Shown here: piece after piece, positions 20,605 to 29,080 of the stretch | Position numbering within the stretch: position 1 is the stretch's first letter | How the letters are laid out: each line of letters opens with the position of its first letter | NCBI GenBank assembly: GCA_052173355.1 | Contig: JBQMYS010000001.1 | Location: 13,243-77,242 of the forward strand | Origin: Eubacteriales bacterium | Lineage (GTDB): Bacteria; Bacillota; Clostridia; Peptostreptococcales; Anaerovoracaceae | Length of the DNA stretch: 64,000 nt | Direction: 5' to 3' | Made by a program: the position numbers and the translations under genes | Notes under the pieces: generated by a model | What the model was told of the DNA's origin: nothing | Seen by the model: only the letters and a program-made list of their open reading frames with translations | Databases searched by the model: none

Positions 20605-20686
20605 TGGTGCGCTCGACCGGACTTGAACCGGTACGATTGCTCACACGCCCCTCAAACGTGCGCGTCTGCCATTCCGCCACGAGCGC
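20605..20686 (-). tRNA. tRNA-Leu (anticodon GAG)
   Basis: Minus strand cloverleaf, elements in order: GCGCTCG-TG-GCG-GAATGGCAGA-CGC-G-CACGT-TTGAGGG-GCGTG, a variable arm, ACCGG-TTCAAGT-CCGGT, then CGAGCGC-ACCA. Confidence 0.88.
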
Positions 20687-20708
20687 CTATTCACAAGCCA
20701 CGCTCAAT

Positions 20709-20737
20709 ATATTACCACAAAAGCGAAAGTTTGTAAA
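20709..20737 (-). promoter_or_regulatory. Sigma-A type promoter for the tRNA-Leu pair
   Basis: Minus strand TTTACA (20737-20732), a 17-nt spacer, then TGgTAATAT with the -10 at 20714-20709. This is about 20 nt upstream of the tRNA-Leu(GAG) 5' end. Confidence 0.5.
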
Positions 20738-20776
20738 GCAGTTTTTTTATTTGCAAGCATTTAAATTTAATTTTAA

Positions 20777-22861
20777 TTAAGATTTTGTAAATCCTCGAAC
20801 TTTAAACTCATTTATATATCCATGAAGCAGTTGTGCCTGTGCTGTAAGTTCTTCACTTGTAGCCGCACTTTCCTCAGATACCGAAACGTTTTCCTGCGCA
20901 ACTTTAGAAATTTCTGTAAGCCCGTTTGCCGCTTCATCAAGAGCTGCTGTCTGCAATTCAGTCTGTTTTGATATTTCTGAAATAGTAGACAAAATTTCCT
21001 TTGTGCCGCTAACTACGCTTTCCAACGATTCTGCGGTTTTATTTGCATATTTTGCACCTTCATTTACCGAAAGTATTGAGCTTTCTATAAGGGCTGTAGT
21101 ATCGTTTGCCGCTTCCGCACTCTTTGATGCAAGATTTCTAACTTCATCGGCTACCACTGCAAAACCTTTACCGGACTCACCTGCTCTTGCGGCTTCAACT
21201 GCCGCATTAAGTGCCAGTATATTAGTCTGAAACGCTATATCTTCAATGGTTTTTATTATGTTGCTTATCTGCGAAGATGTTTCTGTCATCTTATCCATAG
21301 CAGCTAAAAGTTCTCTCATGTGATCGTTGCTGTTTTCAATCTCAACGCCTACGCTTTCAGCTTTTTCATTAGCCTTTTTAGCAAAAATAGCACTTTCTTT
21401 TACTTGATTTGTTATTTCGTTGAGTTTTGCGGACAACTGTTCAATTTGAATTGACTGTTCCATAGAATCACTGCTCATGGATTGTGCAGTTTCTGCAAAA
21501 TAATCTGCACCGGTTGCAACTTGAACCGCCGCATCTCTTATCTGTATGAATGTGTTATTCAGTGAATTAAGTATAACATTTATGTTTTCTTCCATCATAT
21601 GGAAGTCGCCTTTTAATTCTTTGTTAAATTCTATATCCAAATCGCAATTCGCTATGCGAAGCAATGCTTCTGAAACATCTCCCATATATTCACAAATAGA
21701 ATCTGCAGTATCGTGAAATATTGTTGCCAGTCTTCCGAGTTCATCTTCGGTATATATATCAACATCGTGTGTATTTCGAAGCTGACAATTTCCCATATTC
21801 TCCGCCATTACCATTACAGGACCTATAGGCTTTAAGAATTTTTGAATCACTATTCCGGATATAAAACACAGCGCTATCAATCCCAAAGCGCCTATAACTG
21901 ATATAACAAGCGCAATTCGGATAACCGCCTTGTATGCCTCAGTCTTGTCAACTATATAGGCAACGGACCAATTTACATCTGTTCCTTTAAATGATATTGC
22001 TTTTTGAAATAAAAGAGCGGTTTTATTCTTATTGTACGGATTTTTAACGCTTTCATCTGCATCTTTTCCGTTTTTAATTGCCCTATTTACAGTAGCATAA
22101 TCTCTAACAACTTTCGGAACATCGCCTATTATCTTATCATCTAAAGAATGTGCAAGACAAGTGCCTTTTGACGTTACTACGTATGTAAGAGCCGTTTTGT
22201 AGTCACCTTTTTCATAGTTTATATCGCTTAAACTGTTAAGATTTATATCGCAATTTGCAACACCTACAAATTTGTTGTTTTCGTCGATTATAGGGGTGCT
22301 CAAAGTAATCAGATTGACGGTATCTCCGTTTCCGAGTTTCCATTCGTAAGGTTCGGTTACGTGTGTTTTTCCGCTTTTCTTTGCAATAGCATAATAATCT
22401 GCATCTTTGTAGCTGTCATAATCTTCAAATATATCCATTCCCGGTTTACCTTCGTCGGTTCTGTAAGCATAAAAAGATTTACCGTTCGGAGTATCTGCAA
22501 AATAAGAATTCGGTTCAAATGCATAATAAACTCCGAAAATCTTTGAATCGCTTAAAACGCCTGTCAAACTTTGAATCAACATATTGCTTTTTTCGTCTGT
22601 ACTTAATTTTCTGTATCTAAGAACTTCCATAGAGTTTGCTCTCGAAAAAGTAAGCATACTGTTCAAATATGTTTCAACCAGCATAGAGTTGGTTTCTGAT
22701 ATGTAGTTCAGTTCTTTTGTAATCATTTTCTTTTCGGATTGAACCGAAAGTCCTATTACAACAGTCGCCGTCAAGAGCATGACAAGCGCTGTGCATATAC
22801 CTACGATTACTGTGATTTTGGTTGATAGTTTGTTTTTAAATGCGATTTTGTGATTATTCAT
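20777..22861 (-). CDS. Methyl-accepting chemotaxis protein (double-Cache sensor, HAMP, MCP signalling domain)
   Basis: It has an N-terminal TM helix, an extracellular region of about 280 aa, a second TM helix, HAMP, and a highly conserved signalling hairpin ([37 protein letters not shown]). The start was trimmed to ATG 22861, 5 nt after GGTGG. The track start is a GTG inside that SD. Confidence 0.92.
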   Translation of the reverse strand: MNNHKIAFKNKLSTKITVIVGICTALVMLLTATVVIGLSVQSEKKMITKELNYISETNSMLVETYLNSMLTFSRANSMEVLRYRKLSTDEKSNMLIQSLTGVLSDSKIFGVYYAFEPNSYFADTPNGKSFYAYRTDEGKPGMDIFEDYDSYKDADYYAIAKKSGKTHVTEPYEWKLGNGDTVNLITLSTPIIDENNKFVGVANCDINLNSLSDINYEKGDYKTALTYVVTSKGTCLAHSLDDKIIGDVPKVVRDYATVNRAIKNGKDADESVKNPYNKNKTALLFQKAISFKGTDVNWSVAYIVDKTEAYKAVIRIALVISVIGALGLIALCFISGIVIQKFLKPIGPVMVMAENMGNCQLRNTHDVDIYTEDELGRLATIFHDTADSICEYMGDVSEALLRIANCDLDIEFNKELKGDFHMMEENINVILNSLNNTFIQIRDAAVQVATGADYFAETAQSMSSDSMEQSIQIEQLSAKLNEITNQVKESAIFAKKANEKAESVGVEIENSNDHMRELLAAMDKMTETSSQISNIIKTIEDIAFQTNILALNAAVEAARAGESGKGFAVVADEVRNLASKSAEAANDTTALIESSILSVNEGAKYANKTAESLESVVSGTKEILSTISEISKQTELQTAALDEAANGLTEISKVAQENVSVSEESAATSEELTAQAQLLHGYINEFKVRGFTKS

Positions 22862-22967
22862 GTTTTCCACCTTGATTGTTTATTATTTCGGATGCATTAA
22901 CGTATATAAAATTAAGTCTTTGTTTTTTCCTTTTCATCCTTTTCATCCTTCGTATCCTTTTTAGTTT

Positions 22968-22980
22968 GATCACCTCCTTA
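22968..22980 (-). promoter_or_regulatory. Stand-alone perfect Shine-Dalgarno element TAAGGAGGTGATC in the chemoreceptor leader
   Basis: The minus strand reads TAAGGAGGTGATC and the plus strand GATCACCTCCTTA, which is the 16S 3'-end sequence. There is no ATG/GTG/TTG 5-12 nt downstream, and the nearest ATG is 26 nt from GGAGG. Confidence 0.45.
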
Positions 22981-23034
22981 ATCTTTTATTTAATATTCTA
23001 TCATTTTAAATATACTAATTTGGTAGGTATATAT

Positions 23035-23063
23035 ATTATATTTTAAATTGAATCAAATTTCAA
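23035..23063 (-). promoter_or_regulatory. Near-consensus sigma-A promoter upstream of the chemoreceptor leader
   Basis: Minus strand TTGAAA (23063-23058), exactly 17 nt of spacer, then TATAAT (23040-23035). It lies immediately downstream of the adhesin terminator. Confidence 0.6.
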
Positions 23064-23073
23064 CACAAATTAT

Positions 23074-23097
23074 AAAAAAAAGAAGCCCTAAGACTTC
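23074..23097 (-). terminator. Rho-independent terminator after the adhesin gene
   Basis: Minus strand GAAGTC-TTAG-GGCTTC hairpin (23097-23082, one G-U pair) followed by T8. Confidence 0.7.
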
Positions 23098-23108
23098 TTT
23101 TTTATTTT

Positions 23109-26100
23109 TTAAACTTCTTTTTTCGACTTCTTTTTCTTAAGTTCTAGAATTAACAGAATCAATCCTGCAATAACAAGCGACATGCCTGCAATGTAGTACA
23201 AATAAGAATAATTTTCACCTGTTTTCGGTAACATATTAGCTAGTGGAACATCTTCATCCATTAGTACATATTCCATAGTTCCGTCAGGGTTCATCTGTTT
23301 TTTGTAATTTCCAAGCGGTACACCGTTTTCATCTATAACGGTTATCTCATCCGGACTGTTAGGATCGTTAGGATCCGGAATAGATGTCCTAGGATACCTA
23401 GGAAGTTCGCCGCCAGGTGTAGTAGGAGGTATCGGAGTTATCGTTCCCGGAGGGGTTGTTCCCGGAGGAGTTGTTCCTGGAGGGGTTGTTCCTGGAGGAG
23501 TTGTTCCTGGAGGAGTTGTTCCCGGAGGAGTTGTTCCCGGAGGAGTTGTTCCTGGAGGAGTTGTTCCCGGAGGAGTCGTTCCTCCTCCTCCACCTGAGCC
23601 TCCGCCACTTCCGCCGCCGCTACCACCCGGAGGCGTCGTTCCCGGTGGTGGTGTTTCGCCTCCGGTATCACCCGGTGGCGGTGGAGGTGTGGTAGTAGTA
23701 CCTTTTGTATTTACTATAGTAATTTCATTTTTATTTGTTTCTTTTGTACCTTCAATAGTTGCCTTATACGCAGAACCGATTTTTTCTACTTTTACTGTAT
23801 ATCCCTTAGCAAGCAAGGTATATCCTAATGGAGGAACAGTTTCTTTGAGGGTATATATGCCTTCTCGCATTCCTGAAAATCTTAATACACCTTTATTATC
23901 GCTGACTGCACTTTTGTTGTAATAAGGCGTTGAATTGTTTAAATTTTTCAGCGTGAATTTTGCACCTTGTAAAGTCGCACCTTTATCATCTTTTTTGGTA
24001 ATCTGTATAAATGCACTTTTAGTAGCAATCGCACTTGCTTCAGATTCTTGTATAACATAGTTTTTTGAAGGAGAAACCGTTGAATTTACCTTTTCTGTTT
24101 TCAATGTTGCGGTATTTGCAATTTCAGCACCGGGATACCCCGTCAAATCCGTAGTGTAATAAAAACGATATGCTTTTTTAGAATCAGGTATTTTGAACGT
24201 AAGAGTTCGTTCATCATCATTATAAGTTATATACTGTTTCAAATCATCTTCAGATGATATAAGAGATGAAGAAATATCTGTTCTTTTACCGTCAACTTCA
24301 TGTTTCAACTCATAAATTTTAAAATTACCTGCCGAAAAATCTAAAGAATCTTTTTCAATTCCTTTTCTAAGCTCCATTCCTTCGCCGAGCTTGTCCTTTA
24401 TTTCAGCATTCGTTTGATTTATTATATCCTGCGGTATATAATCCACCTTCCATTCTAATGCCGCATCAGGTGAAAGTGATTTATATTCCTTAAACATGAT
24501 TTTCGGAGCAATCTTTGTAGTGTGTTTTTTCGATATAGGCTTTATTTTTATAGGGTCTGCTTCTGTTCCTGTCAATGAAAGGAGAGCCTCATTTACTACT
24601 TCGTATTCCTCGGATTTTGAAATATACTCTAGTAATTTTTCATCCGAAATTTTTACTTTCAGCAAGATTACATACGGCTTTTTAATTTTTATAAACTTAA
24701 ATTTCAATTTATTCGGCTTGTCAGATGCCGTAGCCTTTTGATAGTCTACACTTATATCTGAATTTCCTGTCGGATTAGCAGTATTATGGTCTGAAATAGT
24801 TTTATTCAAAACAGGAGTTACCAATGCTGTTACTCTCGCATCTGTTTTTGTTTTAAATGCAGCTCCGTCAATAGGCATCGCGCCGCTTGCCTCCTGCTCG
24901 GACTTACCTTCAAATATGGTATATTCTGCCAAGTCAAATCCCAAAGGCAATAGTTCTTCTACTACAAGATCTCCGAGATTTTCAAGTCCTTCTTTTGATA
25001 AATCTAAACCGTTTGCATTTACACTAAGTCTATACGTAATAGTTTTATCTTGATAATTATATGCATTGTCCTTTTTTTCTTCAGCTCCTGCCACATTTGC
25101 ATTGGTATTTGTGTTGGAATTGTCAAAAGTTTTCGCATCTTCTCTTGATAAAACTTCTTTTTTCAGCATTCTGCTTTGAAATTTAGGCCATGATGTATAT
25201 CTATCTACAAATTTGTTGTTATCATAAAGATGAACGGTATTTGAAACAACAGACTCGCTGTTATATGTTTCATATGAATTTTCAACAGAATTCAAAAAAG
25301 CTCTCGCAGAAGTATGTAGCGACTTAATGTAAACCGTTCTTCTATCTTTCGATTCGCTGGAAAATCCTGTCATTATAACCAAATCGCCTATATACTTACT
25401 ATCTATATATAGTTTTTTAGATTCTACACTTATATTGTTCGCGCCACCTTCTTGATAATATTCATTTAAATATTTGTGATATCTAAACCCGTCTCTAGGA
25501 GGACGCAAATCTTTTAATTTTATGCCGTTTATTGAATCTGAACCATCTTCCAATTTTACGTTTTCCAGATTTCTTCCCCATTGGTCATAATAAACATTAT
25601 GATCAAATATCATCATATCGTAAACTTTCGTGCCGGTTCTAATTCCTTCGGGTTCAACTTCAATTTTCCAAGTTGTTGTAGGATTCAGGAAAGTTTGCTC
25701 TCCCGGCTTTGCATACGCATCAAAAGGAATTTTATGTATAAATTCATTTCCTATATAAGTTTCTTTTTCAACTTTAAAGTATCTGTTATCTTTGATACCG
25801 TCCCAAGTAATATGCGCTATATTTTTTATTTTGCTGTGTACGCTTGTAATATCTGTAGGATTTGTTACTTTGGTTTTAACTTTAAGTAGCACCACACCTT
25901 TTATATCGCCTACATCAATCCAGTTATCTGAATTGAGCTGCTCGGCAGTGTATATTCTAGGTTTATCACTATTCGCGTCATTATCATCGTTATCGAGATA
26001 TTCCAACTCGGCAGATACATAGTCAAGTCTATAGCCTGTTTCTGCTAAATTCGTATTTTTTACAATTTTATCTAATTCTTCCTTTATTTTTACATTTTTA

Positions 26101-27302
26101 AGTGGAAGCTTATTTGTGTTTACCCTTACTTTCCACTCCAAAGTATTATCAGTGCTATTATATGCGCCTGCTTCCTTTCTCGCCATTTGACGTTTATCAA
26201 TTTTTACAGTTGCTTCTGCACTTTTAGGTTCCTTACTAGTATTTGGAGATTTTAGTGTTGCAATATTTTTTATATGTTGTTCTTTATCTATTATAACACG
26301 ATTTGTTTCATAATCTTCCATAGTCCAAAATTTATAATTGTCAATCTTGGTCTTAAATGTTATCGTAGCAGGACTTGTTATACTGTTTTCGTCATCTTTT
26401 ACAAACGTATAGCTTAGTTTTCCTTCTGAATCAACATTAACATAAGGCGTAATTGTTTTTTCAGTCGAACCGTCGTTATACTTGACTTCAAAGCTGCCAT
26501 CCACATATTCGCCTACGGATTTTAAATCATCTTCAAAAACATAACCGTCCAAAATTCCGCCGTCGGATTCGGCAGTAACCGTCCACTTCACAGCCTGCTC
26601 ATATTTAATAATTTCGCCTTCTTTTTTGATTTTAAATTCATAACCGGGTTTTTTTATTAGAAGTTTATATTCTTTGTCTATAACGGTTATCGTCTTTTCG
26701 CCGCCTTCATTAGGATCAATTCCCGACAAGTCAAGTTCAAAAGTACCTTTAAATTCCGCTTTGACATCTTGATAATCATTAAATATATCTACTTCCGGTG
26801 CGTCAGATTCTGTAAATTTAATTTCCAAACACAGCCAATCACCGTCGGTTACAAATTTGTATTCACCTAACTTTACATCAGCAGTATCTTCAAGATTTCT
26901 TACCATAAAGGACTTAAAGTCGTTATTTCCTATTTTCAAACCTTTAGCAATTTTTATTTTTGCTGTGTCACCTTGCTTTACAAATTTTGTACCGCCATCT
27001 TTTTTAACAGGCACTTTATATTTAAGGACAATACGGATTGGTGTTTTTCCATTTATGTTATTGTTTTGTCCTTCATTAAGTACAGTTCCTCCACTTGTAA
27101 TCGTTCTTTCAAGTGGTTCTAAATATTCGGTTACATCAGTAGATTCGGGTGGAGTCCCCCCCCCACTTTCTGCAAATATATCTTTTGGCATGGCTATGCT
27201 TGTCACTACCAAACAAACCAAAAGGAGTATGCTCAAAAATTTGCCCGGCATACTGTTCAATTTTATATGCGTTTTAAATGCTGTACGATTTTGGGATTTC
27301 AT
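23109..27302 (-). CDS. LPXTG-anchored surface adhesin (MSCRAMM-like; Cna/SpaA-type Ig-fold domains, Pro/Gly-rich stalk)
   Basis: 1397 aa. The signal peptide is (...FLSILLLVCLVVTSIAMPKDIFA/ES). The C-terminal sorting signal is LPKTG (23231-23217), then a hydrophobic helix, then a KKKKSKKEV tail. FIQITKKDDKGATLQGAKFTLKN...GIYTLKETVPPLGY is a typical SpaA/Cna-B prealbumin-like domain. The N-terminal region resembles collagen-binding A domains. Domain calls were made by eye only. Confidence 0.85.
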   Translation of the reverse strand: MKSQNRTAFKTHIKLNSMPGKFLSILLLVCLVVTSIAMPKDIFAESGGGTPPESTDVTEYLEPLERTITSGGTVLNEGQNNNINGKTPIRIVLKYKVPVKKDGGTKFVKQGDTAKIKIAKGLKIGNNDFKSFMVRNLEDTADVKLGEYKFVTDGDWLCLEIKFTESDAPEVDIFNDYQDVKAEFKGTFELDLSGIDPNEGGEKTITVIDKEYKLLIKKPGYEFKIKKEGEIIKYEQAVKWTVTAESDGGILDGYVFEDDLKSVGEYVDGSFEVKYNDGSTEKTITPYVNVDSEGKLSYTFVKDDENSITSPATITFKTKIDNYKFWTMEDYETNRVIIDKEQHIKNIATLKSPNTSKEPKSAEATVKIDKRQMARKEAGAYNSTDNTLEWKVRVNTNKLPLKNVKIKEELDKIVKNTNLAETGYRLDYVSAELEYLDNDDNDANSDKPRIYTAEQLNSDNWIDVGDIKGVVLLKVKTKVTNPTDITSVHSKIKNIAHITWDGIKDNRYFKVEKETYIGNEFIHKIPFDAYAKPGEQTFLNPTTTWKIEVEPEGIRTGTKVYDMMIFDHNVYYDQWGRNLENVKLEDGSDSINGIKLKDLRPPRDGFRYHKYLNEYYQEGGANNISVESKKLYIDSKYIGDLVIMTGFSSESKDRRTVYIKSLHTSARAFLNSVENSYETYNSESVVSNTVHLYDNNKFVDRYTSWPKFQSRMLKKEVLSREDAKTFDNSNTNTNANVAGAEEKKDNAYNYQDKTITYRLSVNANGLDLSKEGLENLGDLVVEELLPLGFDLAEYTIFEGKSEQEASGAMPIDGAAFKTKTDARVTALVTPVLNKTISDHNTANPTGNSDISVDYQKATASDKPNKLKFKFIKIKKPYVILLKVKISDEKLLEYISKSEEYEVVNEALLSLTGTEADPIKIKPISKKHTTKIAPKIMFKEYKSLSPDAALEWKVDYIPQDIINQTNAEIKDKLGEGMELRKGIEKDSLDFSAGNFKIYELKHEVDGKRTDISSSLISSEDDLKQYITYNDDERTLTFKIPDSKKAYRFYYTTDLTGYPGAEIANTATLKTEKVNSTVSPSKNYVIQESEASAIATKSAFIQITKKDDKGATLQGAKFTLKNLNNSTPYYNKSAVSDNKGVLRFSGMREGIYTLKETVPPLGYTLLAKGYTVKVEKIGSAYKATIEGTKETNKNEITIVNTKGTTTTPPPPPGDTGGETPPPGTTPPGGSGGGSGGGSGGGGGTTPPGTTPPGTTPPGTTPPGTTPPGTTPPGTTPPGTTPPGTTPPGTITPIPPTTPGGELPRYPRTSIPDPNDPNSPDEITVIDENGVPLGNYKKQMNPDGTMEYVLMDEDVPLANMLPKTGENYSYLYYIAGMSLVIAGLILLILELKKKKSKKEV
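23446..23580 (-). repeat. 9 x 15-nt in-frame tandem repeat encoding (TTPPG)9
   Basis: The plus-strand unit is CCYGGAGGRGTYGTT, repeated 9 times head to tail, with degenerate copies at 23431-23445 and 23631-23645. It translates on the minus strand as TTPPGTTPPG.... Confidence 0.95.
27156..27164 (-). repeat. G9 (plus-strand C9) homopolymer inside the adhesin ORF, codons 47-49
   Basis: The plus strand has nine consecutive C. The coding strand reads AGT GGG GGG GGG ACT (S-G-G-G-T), directly after the predicted signal-peptide cleavage site. Confidence 0.95.
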
Positions 27303-27466
27303 ACTTCTTTCCTTTCTTTGTCTTTCTTATCTTTTATAAACAATTTTTTATATGAATATTATATCTTAATTCTTATACCCCGTTTAGTTTAATGAAAACA
27401 TATTTTGCAAAAATATAAAACAGTAAGAATTGTTTTAAAAATTAGAACAATAACCATATTCCTAAA

Positions 27467-29080
27467 TCACTTTACTTCGTATTCACAATACCATTTTGGG
27501 GCCTGTTTATAGTAATCCGTAAAATATAAGTTCTCGACACCTTTTATGTTATCCGAAAGCATTGCACTGTAAGTCCTATACAGTATGCAATAGTAAGGCA
27601 AATCATCATTTAAGATTTTTTTAATTTTCGTATAAGTTTTTGCCGCTTGCTGCGCTGTCAGCCCCGACTTTAATTCATCTAAAAGTTCATCAAGTTTAGG
27701 ATTTGCATAACCTGTCACATTACCGTAATCCGAATGAAGCAAGCTGCGCAAATCATATGTTTCATTCATATGGATTGTTGCCACAAATATATCATAGTCG
27801 CCATTTGCAAGTTTTTGGTTAAATTCTTCATCGTCCTTCGCAAAAATAAGTTCTGAATTGATTCCTGATGTTTTTAGTGAATCAGCTAATTTTTCAGCTG
27901 TCAGCACCTTTTCGGAACGCATATTATTGACTAAAATTTTTATTTTTAGCGGTTCTTTTTCCGAAATATCCAGCATTCCGTCGCCTGTCAAATCTTTAAA
28001 TTTAGTTTTTTCTAAAAACTTAGCCGATTTTTGCTTGCTGAATTTATATTTTTCACCCTCATTTTTTACACCTAGGTAATTGGGAAAGTAGATACTGTCA
28101 TTTTTAATTCCTTTGCCGTAATAAATATCCTCGTTGATTTCATCTACATTGACTAAATGTGCAACCGCTTTTCGAAAATTCTTATTTTTTGTGATTTCAC
28201 TTTTGAAGTTAAAACCCAAAACATCCACATCAGGTGCACAAAATGTATCAAGTTTTATATTTTTATCAGCTATCAGAGTTTCTACCGACATAGATTCGGA
28301 AATACCCATCAATATAGTACCGGCGTCAAGCATAGGAATAATATCATCGCCCGAAAACAGAACTGTAAAATTTAGAGTATTTGAAGGTTTTTCCATCTGA
28401 TAATACTCATTTGCGACCAGTTCCAGTTCGGAAATATCATTATAATTTGAAATTTTGTAAGCGCCTGAGCCTATCGGAACAATACCGGATTCCCATTTTT
28501 TCCCTGATTTTGAAATTTCGGAAAATTGTTTGTGCGATACTATCGGAAATATCAAATTTTCCAAAGCTATATTCCTCAAATCAAAATACTTGATTGTCAA
28601 AGAATACTCGTTTCCTTTGTCAACGCTAACCGAACGAATCGTATCAACATATTTTGCATATATGGATTTATTGGATGCTATCAAGCTGTCTATGGAAAAT
28701 TTAACATCTACGGCTGTTAGAGGTTCGCCATTACTGAAATATGCGTTATTTCTTATAGTTATGTGCAATTCTTTTTTATCTTTGTCAAAGCTGTAAGTGT
28801 TTACAAGTTCAGGTTGTGCAGCCATGTTCTCGTCCAAGTAAAAAAGTGATTCAAAAATTAACTTTCCTATGTAGTAACTATCTTTATCCTTTGAATTTAT
28901 GGGATTAAGCGTTTTTACCTTTAGCATAGGAAGGCGTACGATATTCGATTTTTCAAATGTTCGTCCATTTTCGCTTTTGAAAATTTTTACATCTTTCCCG
29001 TATAAATACCAGATAGCCCCTACAAGTACGATAATAAGTAAAACTATTATTATTCCAAAAGTCTTTTTTTTCATAGTCAA
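27467..29080 (-). CDS. Family-5 (peptide/nickel, OppA-like) solute-binding protein, membrane-anchored, orphan
   Basis: 537 aa, SBP_bac_5-like throughout (e.g. LNPINSKDKDSYYIGKLIFESLF, FSNGEPLTAVDVKFS). The N-terminal TM helix has no lipobox Cys. The start is either TTG 29080 (6 nt after GGA, overlapping the coaE TGA) or ATG 29074. Confidence 0.8.
   Translation of the reverse strand: MTMKKKTFGIIIVLLIIVLVGAIWYLYGKDVKIFKSENGRTFEKSNIVRLPMLKVKTLNPINSKDKDSYYIGKLIFESLFYLDENMAAQPELVNTYSFDKDKKELHITIRNNAYFSNGEPLTAVDVKFSIDSLIASNKSIYAKYVDTIRSVSVDKGNEYSLTIKYFDLRNIALENLIFPIVSHKQFSEISKSGKKWESGIVPIGSGAYKISNYNDISELELVANEYYQMEKPSNTLNFTVLFSGDDIIPMLDAGTILMGISESMSVETLIADKNIKLDTFCAPDVDVLGFNFKSEITKNKNFRKAVAHLVNVDEINEDIYYGKGIKNDSIYFPNYLGVKNEGEKYKFSKQKSAKFLEKTKFKDLTGDGMLDISEKEPLKIKILVNNMRSEKVLTAEKLADSLKTSGINSELIFAKDDEEFNQKLANGDYDIFVATIHMNETYDLRSLLHSDYGNVTGYANPKLDELLDELKSGLTAQQAAKTYTKIKKILNDDLPYYCILYRTYSAMLSDNIKGVENLYFTDYYKQAPKWYCEYEVK

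Noticed and set aside
20252-20780. Plus-strand ORFs of 116 aa and 95 aa across the yajC-tRNA region.
   Set aside because: They run through two well-folded tRNA-Leu genes and the antisense of yajC, so they are artefacts.
22968-22980. The plus strand GATCACCTCCTTA looks like the 3' end of a 16S rRNA gene.
   Set aside because: Only 13 nt match, and the flanking sequence is AT-rich non-rRNA. It is better explained as an SD on the minus strand (see findings).
23446-23580. A regularly spaced short repeat could be mistaken for a CRISPR array.
   Set aside because: The units are contiguous with no spacers, 15 nt long, in frame and coding. There are no cas genes in the window.
23438-23695. Two track ORFs with striking repeats: minus 77 aa (...LLREQLLQEQ...) and plus 79 aa (EELFLEELFPEE...).
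   Set aside because: They are the alternative frames of the 15-nt tandem repeat inside the adhesin gene. They have no RBS and are fully nested in a well-supported 1397-aa ORF.
27303-27466. I looked for a promoter, operator or terminator in the adhesin upstream region. It has a TATAAT at 27363-27358 and an ATTGTT-N11-AACAAT inverted repeat.
   Set aside because: The -10 has no acceptable -35 or TG extension. The hairpin is all A/T and only 6 bp. This is too weak to call.
20494-29080. Possible genomic island inserted at the tRNA-Leu pair (MCP, adhesin and orphan SBP downstream).
   Set aside because: There is no integrase, recombinase or transposase. I noticed no direct repeat of the tRNA 3' end, and the composition looks like the rest of the window. 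The accessory flavour alone is insufficient.
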